Shown: positions 1 through 7,067 of the stretch, piece by piece
Numbering within the stretch: position 1 is the stretch's first letter
Layout: each line of letters starts with the position of its first letter
Assembly (NCBI GenBank): GCA_016839785.1
Contig: JAEOTQ010000080.1
Location: 1-10,439 of the forward strand
Direction: 5' to 3'
DNA: 10,439 bases
Source: Candidatus Hodarchaeota archaeon
Lineage (GTDB): Archaea; Asgardarchaeota; Heimdallarchaeia; Hodarchaeales; Hodarchaeaceae
Position numbers and translations under genes: made by a program
Notes under the pieces: generated by a model
What the model was told of the DNA's origin: nothing
The model's input: only the letters and a program-made list of their open reading frames with translations
Database searches by the model: none

Positions 1-612
1 TGCTGCACCAGATAAAGTTAATACTGGGGAATACGTAACAACACTAACCTGGTCTGATGGATCAATCGATCCAGCGATAATGGCTATCCCTCCTCCATCA
101 GAATATCCAATATAACCGATTTTGGTGCTTTCAAGGATAATTGTGTTGTTTAACTGGAGAAGATCATTCCAATTCTCCATTACATATTCTTTAATCGAGT
201 ATAGGATGTCTGCACCTCCCTTCTGGAACGCGTCATAATACGCTAAGCTTTGCGTAGGTAAAACAATCACATACCCATGAGCCACAATCTGCGCCAAGTA
301 ATTAACCGCATTCATAAAACATGGATATTCTAGTTTGCAAAAATATCCAGGAGCATAAAGCAGAAGAGGAACAGAACTTGTTGCGCTTAGATTTGGATAA
401 AGAATAAGAACTGGAATTTGTATGTTTGTTTGAGGATGAGTATAATTAATTGTGCTGTTTAAAACCAATTCCGAATTAGTCATACCAGTCTCCTCAATTT
501 TTCCCTGATTTTGTCCCAATTCACCTAAGATTACATTTCTCTTTGAGTTTACTGCAAGAAGGATCAAAATAACTAGCAGGGAAATAACAGTAAGCTTTTC
601 ATTGTATTTCAA
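1..612 (-). CDS. Secreted alpha/beta hydrolase, cutinase/PETase/chlorophyllase-like (3' end runs off the window)
   Basis: Manual translation of the minus strand is open from TTG at 612 to position 1: MKYNEKLTVISLLVILILLAVNS...VPLLLYAPGYFCKLEYPC...IVAHGYVIVLP...KIGYIGYSDGGGIAIIAG...VVTYSP. It has an N-terminal hydrophobic signal/anchor, a PGY oxyanion loop, an AHGYV motif and a G-x-S-x-G elbow (Ser codon 100-102). In-frame stop upstream at 634-636; purine-rich AAGGGA before the TTG. Confidence 0.88.
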   Translation of the reverse strand, partial: MKYNEKLTVISLLVILILLAVNSKRNVILGELGQNQGKIEETGMTNSELVLNSTINYTHPQTNIQIPVLILYPNLSATSSVPLLLYAPGYFCKLEYPCFMNAVNYLAQIVAHGYVIVLPTQSLAYYDAFQKGGADILYSIKEYVMENWNDLLQLNNTIILESTKIGYIGYSDGGGIAIIAGSIDPSDQVSVVTYSPVLTLSGAA

Positions 613-777
613 GAATTTAAATCCCTTTTTTATCTATCAAGATTTGATACGGAGCTTATCCATTTTTCTCACTTTCGATTGATGCTAAATTTCAAAACAT
701 CAATCACTAATTGCTACATCACAAAGATAATGGATTTATTTTATGATGTAGGTTTCATAATGCAGATACTCATCAAA

Positions 778-811
778 TTCAGTTATGAACTGAAATAACT
801 AGTTATAAATA
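778..811 (+). promoter_or_regulatory. Candidate TATA box (TTATAAAT 803-810) with overlapping palindromic sites in a divergent intergenic region
   Basis: TTCAGTT-atg-AACTGAA (778-794) abuts the perfect palindrome ATAACTAGTTAT (795-806), which overlaps TTATAAAT. The same AGTTATAAATA occurs at the promoter at 3250-3260. Confidence 0.45.
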
Positions 812-925
812 ATAGAAATTTGTGCATGATAAATAGCAATGATTAGAAATATTATATTTTGAGCAAGTTTCCCTATTCCCCTTGACCAAAATGATTCACA
901 TCCAAAAGGATGGAGAAAAGAGAAA

Positions 926-1411
926 ATGAGTGAAAAAGTATCTAGAGACGAAGAAACACTCAGTGAGCTGGCGAGAAAGGTTACGCAAATAAAAGATCAT
1001 CTACGCATCCCTGATGAAGTTGCAAAAGGTATTAAGGCTCAATTCGAAGAAAGTTACAACGAAGCAAAGAAAAATATCTCTCAAGTTGGTGGTTCGGATG
1101 ATGATCTGGCAAAAATGTGGGGGTATAATTTTGGAGCTTTATTGTATGCATATCTAGAGAGGAGAGATACATTAGAAGGACGACAAGCACTCTCATTTAT
1201 CAAAATGCAATTAGGATACGAGTTGAATACTCATATCGGCGGATCCGAAATGTTGTTCGCTAGTTTTGTTTTAGGCCTTTCTATGAGGTTTATGCGAGGA
1301 TTCGAAGCCCTCAAGAAAAAATTAATTGATCTAGAAGAAGCGATTAAGTCGTTCGAACAACAACCAGATACAAAAGAAGAAAAGCCCCGTATTTTTTCTA
1401 ATAAACAATAA
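926..1411 (+). CDS. Hypothetical all-alpha protein with C-terminal coiled coil
   Basis: 161-aa ORF with upstream purine-rich GGATGGAG, amphipathic helical pattern and heptad-like FEALKKKLIDLEEAIKSFE; no family recognised. Confidence 0.8.
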   Translation: MSEKVSRDEETLSELARKVTQIKDHLRIPDEVAKGIKAQFEESYNEAKKNISQVGGSDDDLAKMWGYNFGALLYAYLERRDTLEGRQALSFIKMQLGYELNTHIGGSEMLFASFVLGLSMRFMRGFEALKKKLIDLEEAIKSFEQQPDTKEEKPRIFSNKQ

Positions 1412-1415
1412 CAGC

Positions 1416-1449
1416 AATTACATTTTTAGTCAAAAAGTAATTATTTTTT
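1416..1449 (+). terminator. Putative terminator (AT-rich hairpin plus T-tract)
   Basis: AATTAC-a-TTTTT-agtc-AAAAA-GTAATT (1416-1442), followed by ATTTTTT, starting just after the stop of 926..1411. Confidence 0.45.
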
Positions 1450-1673
1450 GATGAGTAACTTAGTACTTTTCGAGATATTACATGCGTTGAGTAATTTCAA
1501 TTCGAAATACATACATGATCATGTGGATGGATTCGCTAGAAAAGAATCAAAAATCTAATTCAAAAAGTGATTACATGGAAAATATGGAGTTAATCTTCCC
1601 TCTATATTCTTAACTGTCTCCTTAAATAGCGAAAGACGTGAGAATTGTGCCCCAAAGGCAGAGATTGAGTCCT

Positions 1674-1703
1674 TTTCACCAAATATTGGAATGTGTGGTG
1701 AAA
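1674..1703 (+). promoter_or_regulatory. 5'-UTR hairpin covering the Shine-Dalgarno of the kinase gene
   Basis: TTTCACCA (1674-1681) pairs perfectly with TGGTGAAA (1696-1703), which contains GGTGA 6 nt before the ATG at 1708. A TATA-like CTTAAATA lies at 1621-1628. Confidence 0.45.
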
Positions 1704-1707
1704 TCAA

Positions 1708-2484
1708 ATGAACATTACCGATCCTTTAGAGATAGAGCTCTATCCAATACAACCTACAGAATCCGAGGTAGAACTCCAGAGCTCATTTTCGAAGAAGATT
1801 CGGGGTTCAAATTTTGAGGAACAGGCAACAATTTTCATTGATAAACATCAATCCTTCTGGTTATGGAAGAAATTACGTTTAAATTCTTTAGTCAAAGAGT
1901 ATATAGCTTCCTATCTGGCCTCCCGGCTTGGGATACGTGTACCACGATCAATTATTGCAAGAAAAGGCTATTCAATTGGTTTAATCCAAGAATGGATTGA
2001 GGATGTCAACGGCTTACCTTCTTTTATCAATAATCTGCCTAAAACAATCAATAAGACGGAGCTAATTGATCTTCTTGTCTTTGAGGCTTGGATTGGAGCT
2101 TTAGACAGACACGGAGGAAATTATCTTGCTTCTCGGAAAGGAAACCTCTGGGCAATAGATTTTGAATATAGCTTTTCAAATCACATTCATGGCAGTGAAC
2201 TGTGTCTTTATTATCCTTGGATCAAGGATTCAAAGCATGAAATAAGAAAGTCCATTGAAAAATTACTTGTCCAAATTTCTGAAAAACAACTACTTGAAAA
2301 GAACGACAATTTCCTTGAGCTTGTTGATTTTGTACGCGATCCTAGAGCAATAGATGCTTTAAAACAACAGTTAATACGAATTTTTACACTATTAAAAGAA
2401 AATCTTGACGGACTAGAAGAAATCGTTGAAACTTATCTGGATAAAAGTTGTTCCCGATCAGAATTCAGCATTAGTTCATGCTAG
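1708..2484 (+). CDS. HipA-like / PI3-PI4-kinase superfamily atypical kinase
   Basis: Gly-loop-like IRGSN, beta3 Lys (WLWKK), alphaC Glu in KEYIASYLASRLGIRVP, hinge IQEWI, catalytic loop FEAWIGALDRHGGNYL and Mg-binding WAIDFEYSF. Confidence 0.88.
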   Translation: MNITDPLEIELYPIQPTESEVELQSSFSKKIRGSNFEEQATIFIDKHQSFWLWKKLRLNSLVKEYIASYLASRLGIRVPRSIIARKGYSIGLIQEWIEDVNGLPSFINNLPKTINKTELIDLLVFEAWIGALDRHGGNYLASRKGNLWAIDFEYSFSNHIHGSELCLYYPWIKDSKHEIRKSIEKLLVQISEKQLLEKNDNFLELVDFVRDPRAIDALKQQLIRIFTLLKENLDGLEEIVETYLDKSCSRSEFSISSC

Positions 2485-2595
2485 GTTTGTTATCGAAACC
2501 TCAATAATTTCCACTTTTGAGTAAGATTTCTATTTCCACTTTCCTTATATTAAAAGATTGATTTATCCAGAGTCATCACACAGGGAATTTCACCA

Positions 2596-3003
2596 ATGAC
2601 AAAAGAAAGGGATTTTGGCCATATTTGTCAGAAAAACACATGTCACTACTGTTGTGTAGAAACTGAAATGCTTCTTACAAAGAAAGATGTCCAGCGGATC
2701 GTTCGTTCAACATTAATCTCTCCTACAGAATTTGCCATTCGGAATGAAGAAGGTTATTTAATGCTTCAGAATAGGCACAAGGCAAATGAATCTCAATGCT
2801 TTTTTCTAAATGAGAAAGGATTATGTTCAATCTATCAAATTCGACCTGAAGGATGTAAATTTTACCCAATTATCTGGAATTTCGAAGATCATCAAGCAAT
2901 TCTTGATGATTATTGCCCACATTGCGGAGAATTCGCATTAAAGTTATCCAGTACCTCTGATAACTTAGAGAATTTCATCTTTAGACTTTTTGGTAAGTTG
3001 TGA
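2596..3003 (+). CDS. YkgJ family cysteine-cluster (CxxCxxCC, Fe-S/Zn-chelating) protein
   Basis: CQKNTCHYCC...LTKKDVQRI...CFFLNEKGLCSIYQIRPEGCKFYP...CPHC matches the family's cysteine pattern. Confidence 0.92.
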   Translation: MTKERDFGHICQKNTCHYCCVETEMLLTKKDVQRIVRSTLISPTEFAIRNEEGYLMLQNRHKANESQCFFLNEKGLCSIYQIRPEGCKFYPIIWNFEDHQAILDDYCPHCGEFALKLSSTSDNLENFIFRLFGKL

Positions 3004-3244
3004 CTTAGAAATATTGTAGAAAGATACAAACATGAAACGAGCTTTATTAATCAGTTTGAATTTTTATTGCAATAATTTTTAAGAATTTCTTTAGCAAAAG
3101 ACAGATAATTCAAAATCTCTAGGTCATACTATTCGATAATTTTGACTTTGTTATTTGCAACGCGCTTGTCATGCACGTTTAGCTATCATATAATGATCTC
3201 GCCTCTATGCCTAGATTACCTATCATTTGTGCGATACCTCTAAA

Positions 3245-3281
3245 GAAAAAGTTATAAATAGAAAGTCATACATGTCATACA
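3245..3281 (+). promoter_or_regulatory. Archaeal promoter (BRE + TATA) followed by a direct-repeat operator candidate
   Basis: GAAAAAG (3245-3251), TTATAAAT (3252-3259), then GTCATACA-T-GTCATACA (3265-3281). Confidence 0.65.
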
Positions 3282-3335
3282 GGAGTTGCGTATAATGCGC
3301 GCTTTATCTTGGAAACTAATAGGAAGGTAAATCAC

Positions 3336-3923
3336 ATGAATGAAAATGAATCGAAAAAAGATCTGGAAAAAGAACCCGAAAACGTTAAAGAAAGATTAAG
3401 ATCCGATAATGAAGATTGGGAGGAAAAAAAAGCCAAATTAAAGAATGTTACTATTCGTGGTATTGATAGTGACACCTATGACCATTTTTCACGTAAGATA
3501 AGAAATCTAGAGATGAATTTAGGAGACGCTATCTCCAAAATGATGGAAGATATCGTCAGAGATTTAGATGACTCTATTGATCATCTTCCAGGCTTACGAG
3601 CTCGATCTACGTTCAACAATTTTAAACTTGAAAGGGTATCAATTTCTCACTATGGTAAACTTGAAGTAAGTAGGGCTGATCTTGAGGGAGCAAATGCAAG
3701 AATTGCATTTTCACATATTGATAGGCTTACTTTCCTTCCTGATGTGACTCGTGATGTATTTAATCGCTATGTTAGAAATGTAAGTCATTGTGATACTGTT
3801 AGAATGCCATCCATTTTCCCTAAACTCATTTTGTATTCAAAGATTGATTTCTGTGAAAAGATAGAGATCTATGAAGTAGAGGGAGAAGGGGATACAACAA
3901 AGAACACATCATCCAAAGATTAA
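3336..3923 (+). CDS. Uncharacterised protein: RHH-like domain + short LRR-like solenoid (paralogue A)
   Basis: KNVTIRGIDSDTYDHFSRKIRNLEMNLGDAISKMM has the beta-alpha-alpha RHH pattern. C-terminal repeats: ISHYGKL / FSHIDRL / VSHCDTV / IDFCEKI. ATG 3336 is preferred over TTG 3309 because AGGAAGGT (3321-3328) precedes it. Confidence 0.82.
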   Translation: MNENESKKDLEKEPENVKERLRSDNEDWEEKKAKLKNVTIRGIDSDTYDHFSRKIRNLEMNLGDAISKMMEDIVRDLDDSIDHLPGLRARSTFNNFKLERVSISHYGKLEVSRADLEGANARIAFSHIDRLTFLPDVTRDVFNRYVRNVSHCDTVRMPSIFPKLILYSKIDFCEKIEIYEVEGEGDTTKNTSSKD

Positions 3924-3955
3924 TTGAGGTATCTTAAATTAGAGGTTGTGATCTA

Positions 3956-4702
3956 ATGAGTGTTAAAACTATTAACCCAATCCAATTAAGAACACTTCTC
4001 TCTAAGGAAATAGAGGAATATCGTACAAGTTTTCTAAAGAAAAAAATCACTTACGAGGAAATGCATTCCCTGTTTGATCAAATTCTTTATGAAAGAGAGA
4101 TAATGATTTCTGAATTTGATGCACTTAAAGAGGCAGTGAAAAGTGGTATTCAGAAAGATCACTTTAATGAGCAATCCTTAAACCTTTTAATAAGAGAAGT
4201 CGATGAATTACTCTATAATGACTTCTATTATTTATCGAAAAAGTTAAACTATTCACCAGGTGAGGTTCTCACATTTTTAATGGAAGATTTCATCTCTAGA
4301 TTTGATGGAGTATTTCCTGACTTCTCTGCAGAGAGTTTAAGTAAGCTTCTGAACATAAAGTCAAAAATTTCAATCAACCGTCAGGATCAGCTTGCAATTA
4401 CCAATGAAGATCTTTTGGATCTATCAGATTCTAATACACAAATTGACTTCAATTACATTGACACACTAGAGTTTATTAATGTGGATGTAAATTCTTTTAG
4501 TAGATTTGTGGGCTCAATTAGCCATTGCAATCTTGTGAGGGTACCACAAACAATACCTAAACTACTTTTATATGCCAAGTGCCGCAATTGTTCTTATTTC
4601 GAGTTTTTCGAGGAGGCAAATTATCCTCAACTCAATGCAAAAAAGTTAGAATACGCTAAAGAGGCAAATGAAGTTGTAGAAAATTGGAAAAATGGGAAAT
4701 AA
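3956..4702 (+). CDS. Uncharacterised protein: N-terminal helical extension + RHH-like domain + LRR-like solenoid (paralogue B)
   Basis: NLLIREVDELLYNDF...GEVLTFLMEDF aligns with paralogue A's RHH. ISHCNLVRVPQTIPKLLLYAK aligns with VSHCDTVRMPSIFPKLILYSK. 32-bp gap containing GAGGT suggests an operon. Confidence 0.82.
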   Translation: MSVKTINPIQLRTLLSKEIEEYRTSFLKKKITYEEMHSLFDQILYEREIMISEFDALKEAVKSGIQKDHFNEQSLNLLIREVDELLYNDFYYLSKKLNYSPGEVLTFLMEDFISRFDGVFPDFSAESLSKLLNIKSKISINRQDQLAITNEDLLDLSDSNTQIDFNYIDTLEFINVDVNSFSRFVGSISHCNLVRVPQTIPKLLLYAKCRNCSYFEFFEEANYPQLNAKKLEYAKEANEVVENWKNGK

Positions 4703-4943
4703 AATCTGTGTGTTGTGGATTTAGATAAGATCATCTTAAAAAGGATTGATTGACTACATTTTTCGAATTAAGTTACATTTATTTTAAATAGCAAGGATTT
4801 TCAGATTTTAGCAGATAGTTCCTATTTATTAAAGAAGGCAAACTTGCTTTACGGGATTTTTTTCTGGTTAAAACGAAAAGTTTTTGTTCAAAACCAAGAC
4901 CGATCGAGTATGGTTTCTTCTCTTTTATTAGAGGATAAATTAA

Positions 4944-5804
4944 ATGAAACTGAGATTAATAAGTGGAATTCTTATTCTAATTGCAGTGCTTTTCTTTCAG
5001 AATATAGGGACACACGCCATTTCTATGAATACCATAATATTTCATTCTAGTGTTAAGAAGGGCGCCACTTTTCAATGGAAAATCGAAACAATCAGGACAA
5101 GTAGGAACCAAACTAGCTGGGAGTGGAAATGGGCCAACTTTGTTACGCTTACTCAAGGCGATTACATATCTATTGAATGGTTAGCAAATCCTAATGACAC
5201 AACTGAAATCGATGTTCGTGGACCTATCCGATATGATGTTCTTACAAAAGTAGGCTCCCGCACGTTGAATTTCAGTAACCAAGAAACTTTCTTTAATTTT
5301 CTAATTGCACCTATTTATACAATAAGTGAGTTTGGAAAAATTGAATCTGGATTTAACGCTTTAGAACGATTATGGTTTAGGAGCTATAAGTTACCTAATG
5401 CTTATATTCCAACCGATTACGGAGAATATATTTGGAATTTCGATATGCAAAATGCTACATTACAAAATACAGGAGAGAATGCAAGTAAAGGTACAATCGT
5501 ACTTGGACACGTCATTTCGCAAAAATTTTACGAGACCGAAACACAGGCTATTCATGTTTTTGATGTAGCTTATGATCCAATAACAGGCTTTGTAAAGAGG
5601 ATGAAATTCCCTGCTACTGGGGTGTATGGTTATCCAGTTGCCAACAGTACTCATGATATCACTGAAGGCCTGAATGAACTTCTAATTTCCTCTGTTGATC
5701 ATAAAACGGCTTCAGGATACGAGGTACCAGTCATTTTATCAGGATTTTTTGCGATTATAAGCTTAAGAACTATTGTGCACATCCGAAAAAAGAAGAAGAT
5801 CTGA
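4944..5804 (+). CDS. Cell-surface glycoprotein candidate with signal peptide and C-terminal sorting/anchor segment
   Basis: Signal MKLRLISGILILIAVLFFQ; beta-rich body; sequons NQT, NDT, NFS, NAT, NAS, NST; C-terminus SGYE + hydrophobic helix + RKKKKI, resembling archaeal PGF-CTERM-type tails. Confidence 0.82.
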   Translation: MKLRLISGILILIAVLFFQNIGTHAISMNTIIFHSSVKKGATFQWKIETIRTSRNQTSWEWKWANFVTLTQGDYISIEWLANPNDTTEIDVRGPIRYDVLTKVGSRTLNFSNQETFFNFLIAPIYTISEFGKIESGFNALERLWFRSYKLPNAYIPTDYGEYIWNFDMQNATLQNTGENASKGTIVLGHVISQKFYETETQAIHVFDVAYDPITGFVKRMKFPATGVYGYPVANSTHDITEGLNELLISSVDHKTASGYEVPVILSGFFAIISLRTIVHIRKKKKI

Positions 5805-7067
5805 ATGAGAGTTAAGATAATCCTTTTAACAGTAATTTGTATAATGCAAGTGTCAATTCCGATATTCATTGACACGGAAAACGTTAGTGGGTTGGATCCT
5901 TTTGAGACAACAGAATTTTCACAGGTTCAGCAAGATCTTATGAGTATTTCCATTACACAACGATTTTTAAAGGTGAAAGAAGAAACTGAACTAAGAATCC
6001 AAATCAGTAATCCCTCTAATAAGACTACCACCTTTATTTATTCAGTTTCGGCCCCAAATTTTTATTTTAGAGACCAAGAAAACGAAAATCAAGGATTTAT
6101 GAAGAAAAACGTTACGTTGTTCCCTCTTCAGATTAAGAATTTTTCTCTACTTTGCTGGATTAAATTAGATGATAAACAAGTAATTTCCACCGTTCAGGTT
6201 CTCTATGCCAATTTACATGATGTTGATCAGAATTCCACACTGTCTTCAGTCAAAGATTGGGTTTGGGTATATAGTGATTTCAATGAGATGATAAGACCTA
6301 AAATCACCAAATCCCCTTTTCCTTTATTCTTTTCCGAAGATATATTTGTATATTATTCAATTCATTTCAACGAATCTGCTCCGACTGGTTATATTAGATT
6401 TCATATCAATAATATGATTGATGAAACACAAGAATATCGAATTATTATTTCTAATAACAGTCAATCTCTTAAATTTGAAACAGTTTTCTATAATGGTTTT
6501 CATTGTTCATTAGTATGTGGAGATAAAAATGCATATGAAGCTCGGTTCAGTTACTCACTACCGAACGGATCTCTTTGGGCACTTATACCCCTCTCTGTAA
6601 GATTTTTCCTTGATAGCGATTTATTAATTCATCAAAATATGTTAATAGAACTAAGAAATAATGACATTAACTCTGAAGAAATCTTAGAAAAAAAAGGATC
6701 TTATCGATTAAATTCTTCTGAACAGATTTCTGTCAAAGTACCGATTAATGCAGAATTGGAGGGGAATTTCACGGTATTTACATTATCCAATAGATCTGGA
6801 GTTACCATTCCGATTCTTCTTGACACAGAAATTAGAGAAGACTCTATTTATCTCAAAATAAATGAGGAAACGTTCTCTGAATCATTAGTCCTATTCATTT
6901 ATAATCCTGAAAGCTTGAGTCTTTTCACTTCAAGCCATGTTAGTCTTGTTGAGGTAGAAAAATATCCAATAGAGACAACATCAAATAAAATGTCATCGTT
7001 TCTAATTTTGCTTTCTTCTATTGCAATAGCGATCCTTGTTCTAGTGAATAAAAAGCACAGAAAATGA
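5805..7067 (+). CDS. Membrane-anchored extracellular protein with probable Ig-like beta-sandwich domains
   Basis: Signal MRVKIILLTVICIMQ; Ig-like strand patterns (LRIQISNPSNKTTTFIYSV; IRFHINNMIDETQEYRIII); many N-x-S/T sequons; C-terminal TM FLILLSSIAIAILVLV + KKHRK. Its ATG directly follows the upstream TGA. Confidence 0.8.
   Translation: MRVKIILLTVICIMQVSIPIFIDTENVSGLDPFETTEFSQVQQDLMSISITQRFLKVKEETELRIQISNPSNKTTTFIYSVSAPNFYFRDQENENQGFMKKNVTLFPLQIKNFSLLCWIKLDDKQVISTVQVLYANLHDVDQNSTLSSVKDWVWVYSDFNEMIRPKITKSPFPLFFSEDIFVYYSIHFNESAPTGYIRFHINNMIDETQEYRIIISNNSQSLKFETVFYNGFHCSLVCGDKNAYEARFSYSLPNGSLWALIPLSVRFFLDSDLLIHQNMLIELRNNDINSEEILEKKGSYRLNSSEQISVKVPINAELEGNFTVFTLSNRSGVTIPILLDTEIREDSIYLKINEETFSESLVLFIYNPESLSLFTSSHVSLVEVEKYPIETTSNKMSSFLILLSSIAIAILVLVNKKHRK

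Noticed and set aside
3288-3302. TATAAT bacterial -10 box or GCGUA/UGCGC hairpin
   Set aside because: A better archaeal BRE/TATA lies upstream; the hairpin is 5 bp with a wobble and a 3-nt loop.
3309-3335. TTG start extension of paralogue A
   Set aside because: The SD-like AGGAAGGT lies within this extension, correctly spaced for ATG 3336.
1708-4702. Classical HipBA or RHH-antitoxin toxin-antitoxin operon
   Set aside because: The RHH-like genes are downstream, separated from the kinase by YkgJ and about 330 bp with their own promoter; they are larger than typical antitoxins and no HipB-like HTH is present.
4844-5050. 68-aa ORF in the track
   Set aside because: Overlaps the signal-peptide-encoding start of 4944..5804 in another frame, has a non-ATG start and no motif; probably spurious.
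5460-5654. 64-aa minus-strand ORF
   Set aside because: Antisense shadow wholly inside the surface-protein gene.
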